A DNA stretch of 64,000 bases, from contig OY762654.1 of the NCBI GenBank assembly GCA_963666205.1, positions 160,001-224,000 of the forward strand. The letters run 5' to 3'. This document shows, one piece after another, positions 31,940 to 41,094 of the stretch. Position 1 is the first letter of the stretch. Each line of letters opens with the position of its first letter. This DNA is from Synergistales bacterium. GTDB lineage: Bacteria; Synergistota; Synergistia; Synergistales; JAFGMB01. A program made the position numbers and the translations under genes. The notes beneath the pieces are model-generated. The model had not been told where the DNA came from. It worked only from the letters and a program-made list of their open reading frames with translations, and did not search any database.

Positions 31940-33486
31940 TATGCACAAACCTCATTTTCAGGGTCTAACTTCGTGCCGGCCATCATCAATCCAATGGATT
32001 CTGCACTTACCCCGGAGGGTTCATTGAGAATTCCCATGAATTGTCCTTTGTGTATTACGGCGAGCCTGTCACTCAAAGAAAGGAGTTCATCGAGGTCTTC
32101 AGATACCAGCAGTACCCCTGCGCCTCTCTCTCGTTCTTTCAGAAGTGTTTTTCTTACAAAATTGGTTGCGGCCACATCTAATCCCCATGTTGGATGAACC
32201 GCTACTATAACAGATGGTCTATCACTCAATTCTCGACCAAGCATAAGTTTCTGAAGATTTCCCCCTGAAAGATTCCTTACAGGTGTCAGCATGGAGGGAG
32301 TATCAACATTAAATTTCTCTACAATGGATTGAGCAAACTCAAAAACTTTTTTCCAGTTTATGGTTATACCTCTGGATACTGGAGCCTGCCAGTATTTTTT
32401 TAAGATGGAATTCTCATTAACATCCATGTTAGGTATCAGTCCTATGCCTTTCCTGTCAGCTGGAATATATCTGATACCGGCTGAAATAAAAGTCTTTGGA
32501 CTTGCCTTTGTCAGGATACTGTTCCCAATTCTGATACTTCCTGACTTAAGATTTCTAAGGCCCACTAGGGCTTCACAAAGCTCAGTCTGCCCATTACCAG
32601 CAATTCCTGCAATACCAAGGATCTCATTTTCCCTGATTTCCAGGGAGATATCATTGACCGCACACAACCCTCTATCATTTATTACCTTCAGTTTTTCAGC
32701 CGAAAGGACTGATCTTCCAGGGGATAATTTTTTTTTGGTAACGGAAAAACTCACTTTTGTTCCAACCATCATTTCAGCCAGTTTCTCTTTAGACACTTCT
32801 CCGGTTTTCACGGTACCCACGTTTTTCCCTTTCCTTAACACTGTTACCCTGTCAGACAGGTCCATTACTTCATCTAGCTTGTGAGAAATAAAGATAATGC
32901 CTTTTCCTTCATTTTTCATCTGCCTGACAGTAAGAAAGAGCTTGGCTGTTTCCTGAGGTGTAAGTACAGCTGTCGGTTCATCGAGTATCAATACTCCTGC
33001 ATTACGGAAAAGCATCTTCAATATGGCAACTCTCTGCTGTTCTCCAATTGACAGTTGCCATATCCTTGCATTGGGATCAACACTTAAGCCATAGTGCTGA
33101 GAAATCTCTCTGATACGTGACAGGATCTTTTTTCTGGGAAGAAACTGTGGTACTTCAGATAGCCCGAGAATCATGTTTTCCCAGACGGTCTGACTGGGTA
33201 CGAGCATGAAATGCTGATGGACCATCCCTATGCCGGCATGGATAGCATCCCTGGGAGATCTGAAGTCCTGCTCTGTACTGTTGACTGAAAGATCGCCTTC
33301 ATCTGGGATGTATAATCCGGAAAGAATATTCATCAGGGTAGTCTTCCCTGCCCCGTTTTCTCCGAGTAACGCATGAACTTCCCCGGGGAAAAGTTCAAAA
33401 TTGATCGAGTCATTAGCTTTGAATCCGGCAAATGACTTCACAATATTGTGCATCTTTACAAGGGGCCCATCTGAAGACATTTTCAC
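31939..33486 (-). CDS. Nucleoside/sugar ABC transporter ATP-binding protein (tandem ABC)
   Basis: GENGAGKT, MVHQHF, LSGGNLQK. Start is uncertain (33480-33492); GTG 33486 has the best spacing from GGAGG. Confidence 0.93.
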   Translation of the reverse strand: MKMSSDGPLVKMHNIVKSFAGFKANDSINFELFPGEVHALLGENGAGKTTLMNILSGLYIPDEGDLSVNSTEQDFRSPRDAIHAGIGMVHQHFMLVPSQTVWENMILGLSEVPQFLPRKKILSRIREISQHYGLSVDPNARIWQLSIGEQQRVAILKMLFRNAGVLILDEPTAVLTPQETAKLFLTVRQMKNEGKGIIFISHKLDEVMDLSDRVTVLRKGKNVGTVKTGEVSKEKLAEMMVGTKVSFSVTKKKLSPGRSVLSAEKLKVINDRGLCAVNDISLEIRENEILGIAGIAGNGQTELCEALVGLRNLKSGSIRIGNSILTKASPKTFISAGIRYIPADRKGIGLIPNMDVNENSILKKYWQAPVSRGITINWKKVFEFAQSIVEKFNVDTPSMLTPVRNLSGGNLQKLMLGRELSDRPSVIVAVHPTWGLDVAATNFVRKTLLKERERGAGVLLVSEDLDELLSLSDRLAVIHKGQFMGILNEPSGVSAESIGLMMAGTKLDPENEVCA

Positions 33487-33600
33487 ATGCATTCCCTCCA
33501 TCAAATACCTTTTTAATACAGTTAGGGTGCGGCTAAAGGTTTCAATTCCATCCAAATAACAATTGAGAGACTGAAATCAGGATATAGCAATTCTTTCAAA

Positions 33601-33630
33601 TAAGAAAGGGCGCGAGGTGCTTCGCGCCCT
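33601..33630 (-). terminator. Intrinsic terminator after the BMP gene
   Basis: AGGGCGCGA/TCGCGCCCT stem followed by TTTCTTA on the minus strand. Confidence 0.65.
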
Positions 33631-33664
33631 GGATAACGAATTGTAATATATCATAAACGTCGCT

Positions 33665-34747
33665 TTATTTCGGAATTTCTCCCTCAACACCCTCAACGAA
33701 CCAGTTCATGGAAAGCATTTCCTGGTCAGTCATGGAAGTGCCTTCAGCTATAGTGACTGATCCTTTCTGATCTTTAAGGGGTCCGTTAAACACGTCCCAT
33801 TCTCCATTAACTATCTTGTTCTTTTCCGTCTCAACAAGTGTTTTGGTATCAGCGGGAACATCTTTTCCGAAAGGAGCAAGTCCGACTAGTCCCTCTTTCA
33901 ATCCCCACCATATATCCTCTGATTTCCATGTACCGTCTATTACATGCCCTGCAACATATTTATAAATCATGCCCCAATCCCAGACCGGGGCTGTAAGATG
34001 TTTTGTAGGCGCATAATGGCTCATATCGTTATTATAGCCTACTACATAAACACCGGCTTCTTCCGCTGTCTGAGGAGCGGCTCCTGAATCAGCATGCATG
34101 GCAATTACATCTGCCCCGGCATCTACAAATGCCTTTGTTGCCTCTTTTTCCTTCCCTGGATCAAACCAGGAAAAAAGCCATATGACCTTGACCTTCGCCT
34201 CCGGATTGACCTTTCTTACTCCAAGTGTAAAGGCATTTATGCCCCTTATGACTTCAGGGATGGGCTGAGCTGCAACATAACCAATTATGTTACTCTTTGT
34301 CATCTTTCCAGCAACCAGTCCGGAAAGGTATCTTGCCTGGTACATACGGCCAAAGTAAACGCCTACATTGTCAGCCTTTTTATAACCGGAACAATGCATG
34401 AATGTAACATCAGGGTTTTTCTTTGCGACCTCTTCGACGAAATCCATGTAACCAAAGGAAGTGGCAAATATCAGTTTAAAACCCTTTCTCACAAAGGTTT
34501 CCATAACTCTGGTAGAATCGGGTCCTTCTGGTACGGATTCTACAAAACTTGAATTCATTTTCGGGTACATTTCCTGCATTTCGAGACGTCCCTGATCGTG
34601 CATGAATGTCCAGCCACCGTCTCCTACTGGACCAACATAGACAAAACCTGCAGAAAGCTTATCTTCCGGGACCGCAGTCATTGCCAGAGCCATACCAGCA
34701 GACAAAACAAGAACGAGCGAAAGCACACACAACAGCATTTTCTTCAT
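33665..34747 (-). CDS. BMP/PnrA family purine-nucleoside-binding protein
   Basis: GFVYVGPVGDGGWT, TSFGYMD, YLSGLVAG, INAFTLG, WFDP; Sec/SPI-type signal ending in ALA with no lipobox. Confidence 0.92.
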   Translation of the reverse strand: MKKMLLCVLSLVLVLSAGMALAMTAVPEDKLSAGFVYVGPVGDGGWTFMHDQGRLEMQEMYPKMNSSFVESVPEGPDSTRVMETFVRKGFKLIFATSFGYMDFVEEVAKKNPDVTFMHCSGYKKADNVGVYFGRMYQARYLSGLVAGKMTKSNIIGYVAAQPIPEVIRGINAFTLGVRKVNPEAKVKVIWLFSWFDPGKEKEATKAFVDAGADVIAMHADSGAAPQTAEEAGVYVVGYNNDMSHYAPTKHLTAPVWDWGMIYKYVAGHVIDGTWKSEDIWWGLKEGLVGLAPFGKDVPADTKTLVETEKNKIVNGEWDVFNGPLKDQKGSVTIAEGTSMTDQEMLSMNWFVEGVEGEIPK

Positions 34748-35013
34748 AATTTACCCTCCCTGATAAGATCTTTAACCTGAAACATACACTTAAGTTAACA
34801 ATTAGCTTTATATCTTGTCATATTTCAACCATATTATACATTTTTGAAATTTAGAATGGAACCCACTTCTTGTATGCATTATAGTTGAAAATCCAGCAAT
34901 AAGGTGTCATCTCTGTTGCAATATGTAGAAAATGACTATAGACTTTGGCTTATCTTCCTGATTTATCCCCAACAGGAAGAATACAGCTGGAATTTGTGAG
35001 GTGAAGATTTTTC

Positions 35014-35514
35014 ATGTCAGGCTCTGAAAGATACAGACGAACATATAGTATTTCGTGGGATCAACTCCATCGTGATTGCAAAGCATTATCCTGGAGACTA
35101 ATGGATCTGGGCCAATGGGACTGGATTATAGGAATCGCCAGAGGCGGACTCATTCCAGCCGCAATTATTGCCAGAGAACTGAATGTGCATCTTGTGGATA
35201 CGGTATGTGTTTCAAGTTATACTGTCAGATCCCAGGATAGAATATCTGTTCTTAAGGATATTGGTACCAGCTCTGTTAGACATGGCAAATGTCTTATCAT
35301 TGACGACCTTGTTGATACAGGAAAAACAGCTCAGGTTGTACGGCAGATGTTACCAGATGCCCATTTTGCCACAGTATATGCTAAACCGGGAGGAAGACCC
35401 TATGTTGACACATTTATAACTGAGGTCAGTCAGGATACATGGATACTTTTTCCGTGGGATGCTGAATACCACTATGATTATGTAAAACCTATAATTGAAA
35501 CCAGTCAGGAATAG
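35014..35514 (+). CDS. gpt: Xanthine-guanine phosphoribosyltransferase
   Basis: ISWDQLHRD, ARGGLIPA, IIDDLVDTGKT PRPP loop, SQDTWILFPWD. Confidence 0.93.
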   Translation: MSGSERYRRTYSISWDQLHRDCKALSWRLMDLGQWDWIIGIARGGLIPAAIIARELNVHLVDTVCVSSYTVRSQDRISVLKDIGTSSVRHGKCLIIDDLVDTGKTAQVVRQMLPDAHFATVYAKPGGRPYVDTFITEVSQDTWILFPWDAEYHYDYVKPIIETSQE

Positions 35515-35544
35515 AAAGAGGGCGGACTTTGTCCCCCCTCTTTC
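35514..35544. terminator. Hairpin between convergent gpt and tRNA-Sec
   Basis: GAAAGAGGGCGGAC-TTT-GTCCCCCCTCTTTC. Confidence 0.65.
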
Positions 35545-35562
35545 CTTGTCCTTTTTATCTAG

Positions 35563-35661
35563 TGGCGGAGGCGTGTGGGAATCGAACCCACCGGAGATAC
35601 CCAGAAGCACCTCCCGACCGGGTTTGAAGCCCGGGGGCAGCACCAGCTACCACTCGCCTCC
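35563..35661 (-). tRNA. selC: tRNA-Sec (anticodon UCA)
   Basis: Reverse complement folds as: acceptor GGAGGCG/CGCCTCC plus an 8th position; 6-bp D-stem with 4-nt loop (GGTAGC TGGT GCTGCC); anticodon loop CTTCAAA; long variable arm; T-arm GTGGG TTCGATT CCCAC; G73 and CCA; 99 nt. Confidence 0.96.
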
Positions 35662-35679
35662 CTACTTTCAAGTAGTAAG

Positions 35680-35708
35680 ATTTTAAAGGTATGTGTCTTA
35701 TTTGTCCA
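35680..35708 (-). promoter_or_regulatory. Putative sigma70 promoter of selC
   Basis: TGGACA-17 bp-TAAAAT just upstream of the tRNA 5' end. Confidence 0.55.
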
Positions 35709-35741
35709 GCATGAATATAAAAATAAATGTGACAAACAGGT

Positions 35742-36143
35742 TCAACCCCTGGTTATCTTTGATATCCCACGAAACCTGAACCAATCTTCGACCCTGCCCG
35801 CAATATCTCCCTGGAGAACAATAAGTGTACCCTCTATTTTCCCACCACAGCCAATAGCACTTTTCAGACTTTTTGATAATACTGGGAGATCCATCTTGTC
35901 AGCAGGGCGTATTTCAAGCACTGTAACTGTTTTCCCACTTCTACCCTTTTTCTCTTTTCGAAGTATTACTCTTTCTATAACTTCTATAAAAGGTGTAGGA
36001 TCAGTTTCCGGGCTCTTTGTATTACAGTCATCACCCGAAGTAACTTCAGCACTTTGAGTGAGACCAGGTTCCCCTGAAATTTCTAAAAAAGGATTATGCA
36101 GGATTCCAGAATCTGAAGGATCTATTTTTTTCCTCTTTTTCAT
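35742..36143 (-). CDS. SUI1/eIF1-family protein (YciH-like)
   Basis: LRKEKKGRSGKTVT..LKSAIGCGG..IVLQGD; N-terminal HNPF extension. Confidence 0.9.
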   Translation of the reverse strand: MKKRKKIDPSDSGILHNPFLEISGEPGLTQSAEVTSGDDCNTKSPETDPTPFIEVIERVILRKEKKGRSGKTVTVLEIRPADKMDLPVLSKSLKSAIGCGGKIEGTLIVLQGDIAGRVEDWFRFRGISKITRG

Positions 36144-36162
36144 TATTATTATTCTTCTTCGC

Positions 36163-36738
36163 TTACTCCGGTCTCAGGGGGGTGAGCCTGTTTCCGTAGA
36201 TGGAACAGACTTGCTTCTGAATTTCCTCTCTAAACTTCTTGAGCGCTCCTACTGCTTTCCCTGTTCCTAAACCCTCTGCTGGGCAAAGGAGTCTGACAAA
36301 ATGTGATGATCTCGAAGAAGCAAGTTCCCTTATCTGTTTACAGTAGGCTGAAGGACCCCAGACAGCAAATGTATCATAGCGGCTCAGGGATTTTTCATCC
36401 CACTGTTCCTCCATTTCAGAAAAGCTTACAAGGCCGTTTGAAGAACGGGAAGAGCTTAAATGAACACTGTAATCAGGCATATTCCAGTCTGGATTTATGA
36501 GACCGAACTTGGCAGAAAGGATCATCCATAAAGGTTCTTCGCCGATGTGATGGGTTATCATACGAAAACAATCAACTGCCTGAAGAAACATTGGGCCTAG
36601 AAAGGCTTCTCTCGCTGGAACAAAGAGTGAAGCTGCAGGATCTTTATCCCATATCTTTGTCCTGGTACAAGCAACAATGTTCATCAGGGTATCGTTCTTC
36701 AAGGCATAGATAAAATCTTGTGCAAGGGATTCTGTCAT
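36163..36738 (-). CDS. Hypothetical protein, DUF6884-like (C-x3-K / PA / ILSAKFGL motifs)
   Basis: IVACTRTK..PAREAFLG..WMILSAKFGLI..PDY pattern recalled for DUF6884-type proteins; GGAG RBS. Family call made from memory. Confidence 0.6.
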   Translation of the reverse strand: MTESLAQDFIYALKNDTLMNIVACTRTKIWDKDPAASLFVPAREAFLGPMFLQAVDCFRMITHHIGEEPLWMILSAKFGLINPDWNMPDYSVHLSSSRSSNGLVSFSEMEEQWDEKSLSRYDTFAVWGPSAYCKQIRELASSRSSHFVRLLCPAEGLGTGKAVGALKKFREEIQKQVCSIYGNRLTPLRPE

Positions 36739-36841
36739 GGTTTCCGCTCTCCTTTACTTCGGGTTCCCCATTATGCTTTACGATCTTCTTAATTACAATT
36801 AAGATTTGCTCTTTAATACATTCTACACTATATTATCAAGT

Positions 36842-37402
36842 TCATTGTTTCTGACTGAAATATTCTTCAGACAAATGGATATACTTCTTTTTCAGAATTG
36901 ATATACGATCCATATATATTTCCTTTTCAGGGAGTGCATGGATAATTTCCATGATAGATTTCATATCGAAGTAAGAACTTTTTCTGGAAGGTCTGGAACA
37001 TCGGAATATTTCTTTCAGAATCCTGATATCATCTGGAATCTCAAAATCATCCCTGGTCTCTTCATAACCGAAAAGGAAATACACACTCTTGAAGCCTGAC
37101 CAGGCGAGTGCAGAAAGACACATTGAGCAGGGCTCATGAGTTGAAAGGAATATACATTCTTCTGGCATGGGGTGCCCTTCCAGTTCATAAAACTGTTTAA
37201 TTGTAAAGACTTCCCCATGCCACATGGGATTCTGGCCTTCATGATTGGTCCCGGCGATAACCAGGGACAGGTCTTTCTTGAGTAGTACAGCTGCCCCAAA
37301 GATCTTATGTCCCTGGGAAACGGCCTTCTCTGTTTTAGGAAGGATATCGTTTTCAATAACATCAAGGAGCCTTTCCACCATTGCTGCTTCCGACATTTTC
37401 AT
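36842..37402 (-). CDS. Zn-dependent nucleoside/nucleobase deaminase (CDA superfamily, guanine deaminase-like)
   Basis: FGAAV, HGE and EPCSMC zinc motifs; downstream of PNP. Confidence 0.85.
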   Translation of the reverse strand: MKMSEAAMVERLLDVIENDILPKTEKAVSQGHKIFGAAVLLKKDLSLVIAGTNHEGQNPMWHGEVFTIKQFYELEGHPMPEECIFLSTHEPCSMCLSALAWSGFKSVYFLFGYEETRDDFEIPDDIRILKEIFRCSRPSRKSSYFDMKSIMEIIHALPEKEIYMDRISILKKKYIHLSEEYFSQKQ

Positions 37403-37422
37403 ATCCCCCTTCCAGAATCAAT

Positions 37423-38250
37423 TTACACTTTATTGAGCAGACTGAGAAATCCGTGCAACAGTTTTACCAGGTCGTCCGAAGCTCTGGACATTTCGCTGAG
37501 GACTTCTTCTTCAGATAATTTTGCAGAAGTCATCCCTGCAGCATAATTTGCAACACATGAGATAGCACAGACCCTCATACCAAAGTGATTGGCAACAATA
37601 ACTTCAGGTACAGTTGACATACCCACCACGTCCGCTCCCATGATCCTGGCCATTCTGATTTCAGCCGGAGTTTCATAAGAAGGCCCTGAGAAAGCTATAT
37701 AGATTCCTTTTTTTAACAGCAGCCCCTTACTGCTGGCGCTTTTCAGTGCAATTTTCATGAGATCCCGGTCATAGGCATATGTCATATCAGGGAAGCGAGG
37801 TCCCCATTCTTCATAATTAACGCCCACCAGGGGATTCTTTCCCATAAAGTTAATATGATCATGAATAAGCACCAGATCTCCTGGATCAAGAGCATGGTTA
37901 ATTCCACCGGAGGCATTTGTGATAAGCAGATTTTTCAGGCCCAACTGGCCAAGAACTCTGACTGGAAAAGAAATCTCCTCAATTGTATAGCCTTCATAAA
38001 GGTGTACCCTTCCCTGCATAACAAGTAAGGGGGAACCTTCAAAATGGCCGAAGACAAGTCTTCCTGCATGACCAGGAGCAGTTGAAACCGGCCAATATGG
38101 AATGGAAGAATAATCCAGAAGAGTTTTCCTGTCCAAGTGGTCAACAAGTGCTCCCAGGCCTGAACCGAGTATGATACCAGTCTCTGGTATTGATGGGATC
38201 CTTTCTTTTACATATTCCACTGCCTGACCGATCCTGTCCTTCATTAGCAT
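37423..38250 (-). CDS. punA: Purine-nucleoside phosphorylase (trimeric type)
   Basis: IILGSGLG, GHAGRL, QGRVHLYEG, GPSYETPAE, VGMSTVPE. Confidence 0.95.
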   Translation of the reverse strand: MLMKDRIGQAVEYVKERIPSIPETGIILGSGLGALVDHLDRKTLLDYSSIPYWPVSTAPGHAGRLVFGHFEGSPLLVMQGRVHLYEGYTIEEISFPVRVLGQLGLKNLLITNASGGINHALDPGDLVLIHDHINFMGKNPLVGVNYEEWGPRFPDMTYAYDRDLMKIALKSASSKGLLLKKGIYIAFSGPSYETPAEIRMARIMGADVVGMSTVPEVIVANHFGMRVCAISCVANYAAGMTSAKLSEEEVLSEMSRASDDLVKLLHGFLSLLNKV

Positions 38251-38272
38251 ATACATCTCCAAACATTTAAAT

Positions 38273-39169
38273 TTAGGCCCTGGGATGGGCTTTGTCATAT
38301 ACATCCCTGAGCTCCAGATCAAAATGGACATATTTTTCTGTGGTAGAAATAGAAGAATGACCCAGGATCTCCTGAAGTGTCCTTAGGTCCATACCCCGTC
38401 TCAGAAGATGGGTTGCAAAGGAATGACGCAATACATGGGGGTGTAACCTCTGTATGCTGATATTAGCCATTTTCCCCCTCTTCCTTACCATCCTCCACAG
38501 ATCTTCTCTTCTCATACTGTTCCCACTTCTCGTAAGGAACAACATATCTCTGGATTTATCAGAGAATACTGAACTGGTTCTTTCAATATAAAATCGCAAT
38601 GTTTTCCTTACTTCCCCAAGAAAGGGCACAATCCTTTCTTTATCCCCTTTACCCTTTACCCTTAATGTCCCTGATGAAAAAAACATATCCCGTTGTCGCA
38701 GGTTACAGATCTCGCTTGCTCTGAGGCCGCATCCATACAATATCTCGAGAATAGCCCTGTCACGGACATCCAGGTATTTATCACCATTACAGGCATCAAG
38801 AATTCGCTGGACTTCCCCCTCACTGAGGATCTGGGGAAGTTTTTTTTCGCGGGCCGGCAATGGAGGCAGTATGTTTTCTTCATCGGAAACACCATCAAGA
38901 ATTAGAAACCGTATCCATGATCTCAGAGAGGCAACGAGTCGTTGTTGTGTAGAGGGTGAATGCTTCCTGTAAGTTAGAAGAGAAAGATACCCTGAAAGCT
39001 TGTCATTGTTCACAGGAAGGGGAGGTAAGGACTTGGAATAGCAGTAATTCAGATAACCTTGCAGATCAGAACTGTAAGAGATTACAGTATTCCGACTGCA
39101 TCCTCTCTCTAAAAGGAGGTAATCACAAAAGTTATCAATTAATCTGTCAATATATGTATGTTCGTTCAT
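38273..39169 (-). CDS. xerD: Site-specific tyrosine recombinase XerD
   Basis: GLRASE, GKGDKERIVP, HPHVLRHSFATH, LGH..TTEKY; nudF-xerD-pnp synteny. Confidence 0.88.
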   Translation of the reverse strand: MNEHTYIDRLIDNFCDYLLLERGCSRNTVISYSSDLQGYLNYCYSKSLPPLPVNNDKLSGYLSLLTYRKHSPSTQQRLVASLRSWIRFLILDGVSDEENILPPLPAREKKLPQILSEGEVQRILDACNGDKYLDVRDRAILEILYGCGLRASEICNLRQRDMFFSSGTLRVKGKGDKERIVPFLGEVRKTLRFYIERTSSVFSDKSRDMLFLTRSGNSMRREDLWRMVRKRGKMANISIQRLHPHVLRHSFATHLLRRGMDLRTLQEILGHSSISTTEKYVHFDLELRDVYDKAHPRA

Positions 39170-39225
39170 AGTTCAGTAAAAGGGGACAGGAAAGATATGA
39201 TCCATACTGTCCCCCTTTAAGTGCG

Positions 39226-39759
39226 TTAAAGATCCTGGTTTATCAGCCAGGAAAGGGCAGCAAAAGTCTTGGCGTCTTTTATTTTCCCTTCCTTAAGAAA
39301 AGCCGGAAGGTCTTCTACCTTTACAGAAACTGTCTGAATAAATTCATCATCGTCTTCCGGAAGCTTAGATGGAGACAATCCGGAGGCCAGGTAGACAACC
39401 AGTAACTCAGTGCTGAAACCAGGTGATGAATAAAAACTTCCTACGTAAGCGAGTTCGGAAGCAGTAAAGCCTACTTCTTCCTGAAGTTCCCTCAGGGCAG
39501 CTGTTTCAAAGTCCTCACCGTCTTCAACAATGCCGGCAGGAATCTCCAGTATTTCTTCATCTATGGCATAACGGAACTGGCTTACAAGGAGTATCTTACC
39601 ATCTTCTGTAAGGGGGATAAGTCCTACAGCAGGGTTATGTTCAATAACCTCTCTGTAAGCCCTTTTGCCGGACGGAACCCTTACATTATCGACCCTGAGG
39701 TTAAGAATTCTTCCCCTGTAAACAACGTGCCTTGAAAGAACCTTTTCTCGCTTTTCCAT
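39226..39759 (-). CDS. nudF: ADP-ribose pyrophosphatase (Nudix)
   Basis: Nudix box EIPAGIVEDGE..ALRELQEEVG; SPG; DAKT. Confidence 0.9.
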   Translation of the reverse strand: MEKREKVLSRHVVYRGRILNLRVDNVRVPSGKRAYREVIEHNPAVGLIPLTEDGKILLVSQFRYAIDEEILEIPAGIVEDGEDFETAALRELQEEVGFTASELAYVGSFYSSPGFSTELLVVYLASGLSPSKLPEDDDEFIQTVSVKVEDLPAFLKEGKIKDAKTFAALSWLINQDL

Positions 39760-39768
39760 AGTTATAAG

Positions 39769-40317
39769 CTATTTCTTCGCAATCTCTAAGCCTTTAGCAA
39801 AGGCTTCAAGGTTCATAGGAAGAAATTTAGGTTTTCGTTTGCCCAGTTTTTCCTTGATCGTTTCTATGCAGATTTCCTTGTCTACAATACCTGTGGACTC
39901 TACAAGAGCACCAAGTACGACTATATTGGCCACTTTATCACTACCGAGTTCATGTGCTATGGATTGGGCAGGAACAGGAATAACGGTAACATCATTCCGT
40001 GGGTTTTCATAAGTGACAAGGTCGCTGTTATAGATAAGATATCCTCCGGGTTTTACAGAGTGTTCGAACTTTGTAAGGGAAGGCTGGTTCATAACTATGG
40101 TTATGTCGGATTTATTAACAACGGGCGAACCTATTTCTTCATCACTTACAACCACGGCGCAGTTTGCAGTCCCACCGCGCATTTCAGGACCATATGAGGG
40201 TATCCAGGTAACATGCATCCCCTGGGCTATGCCGGAATAAGCCACCAACTGACCAAGAACCATTACGCCCTGCCCGCCGAAACCGGCTGCGATCATGTTT
40301 TTATAAAAATGTTCCAT
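39769..40317 (-). CDS. 2-oxoacid:ferredoxin oxidoreductase gamma subunit
   Basis: AGFGGQG, PSYGPEMRGG, NIVVLGA. Confidence 0.93.
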   Translation of the reverse strand: MEHFYKNMIAAGFGGQGVMVLGQLVAYSGIAQGMHVTWIPSYGPEMRGGTANCAVVVSDEEIGSPVVNKSDITIVMNQPSLTKFEHSVKPGGYLIYNSDLVTYENPRNDVTVIPVPAQSIAHELGSDKVANIVVLGALVESTGIVDKEICIETIKEKLGKRKPKFLPMNLEAFAKGLEIAKK

Positions 40318-40331
40318 TCTGATCAGTCCTC

Positions 40332-41078
40332 CTATTCGAAATCCTTAAAAATACCCAAGGGATAATATGGGACCATGTTTTCAAGCTGCCATTCGAAAGA
40401 CTTTATTGGAGTAAGTCCCCAGTTAGTTGGACAACTGGAGAGGACTTCAATGAAAGAAAAACCCTTTTTGTCCATCTGATACTGGAACCCCTTTTTAAGC
40501 GCTTCCTTGGCCTTTATTGTGTATTTTGGCCTGGCTACAGACACCCTCTCAATGTAGGAAGGAGTCTCAAGGCTTGCCAGGAGTTCGCACATTCTAATGG
40601 GATAACCTGCCAGTTGGGGATCTCTTCCCAATGGGCAGGTGGTTGCTTTCTGACCGATAAGTGTGGTAGGAGCCATCTGGCCCCCGGTCATCCCATAGAT
40701 GGCATTATTTATAAAGATAACTGTAATATTCTCACCACGATTAGCTGCATGGATTATTTCTGCCATACCGATAGAAGCAAGGTCTCCATCACCCTGATAT
40801 GTAAAAACAACCTTCTCCGGGTAGACTCTTTTGATCCCAGTGGCTACAGCCGGTGCACGACCGTGGGGAGCTTCTACATAGTCAATATCGATATAGTCAT
40901 ACATCATAGCTGCGCAGCCGACTGGAGCCATGCTTATTGTTTTGTCCTGAATACCGAGTTCATCTATCAGTTCACAAATAAGCCTGTGGGCAATACCATG
41001 ACCACAACCTGGACAATAATGGGTGTGAACTTCCTTCATCCAGCTTTCCGGTCTAGAATAGATTTTAGTTTCAGACAT
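40332..41078 (-). CDS. 2-oxoacid:ferredoxin oxidoreductase beta (TPP-binding) subunit
   Basis: YCPGCGHG, QGDGD..NN TPP motif, YGMTGGQ, CPTNW. Confidence 0.95.
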   Translation of the reverse strand: MSETKIYSRPESWMKEVHTHYCPGCGHGIAHRLICELIDELGIQDKTISMAPVGCAAMMYDYIDIDYVEAPHGRAPAVATGIKRVYPEKVVFTYQGDGDLASIGMAEIIHAANRGENITVIFINNAIYGMTGGQMAPTTLIGQKATTCPLGRDPQLAGYPIRMCELLASLETPSYIERVSVARPKYTIKAKEALKKGFQYQMDKKGFSFIEVLSSCPTNWGLTPIKSFEWQLENMVPYYPLGIFKDFE

Positions 41079-41094
41079 AGTCATGACCTCCCTG

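Noticed and set aside
33539..33577. Sequence resembling a CRISPR repeat end (GTTTCAATTCC.. / ..GGAATTGAAAC)
   Set aside because: Single copy with no spacer-repeat periodicity and no cas genes; best explained as an imperfect intergenic inverted repeat.
34895..34945. Purine-riboswitch-like words (TTTCTAC on minus, GACTATAG on plus) near gpt/BMP
   Set aside because: The fragments are on opposite strands and the P1-P3 architecture cannot be built.
35350..36057. ORFs 35350-35643, 35495-35686 and 35575-36057 overlapping the tRNA
   Set aside because: They are translations across tRNA-Sec, its terminator and the antisense strand of neighbouring genes.
38273..39169. Tyrosine recombinase near tRNA-Sec as a possible island integrase
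   Set aside because: Size, motifs and nudF-xerD-pnp context indicate housekeeping XerD; no att duplication of the selC 3' end was seen.
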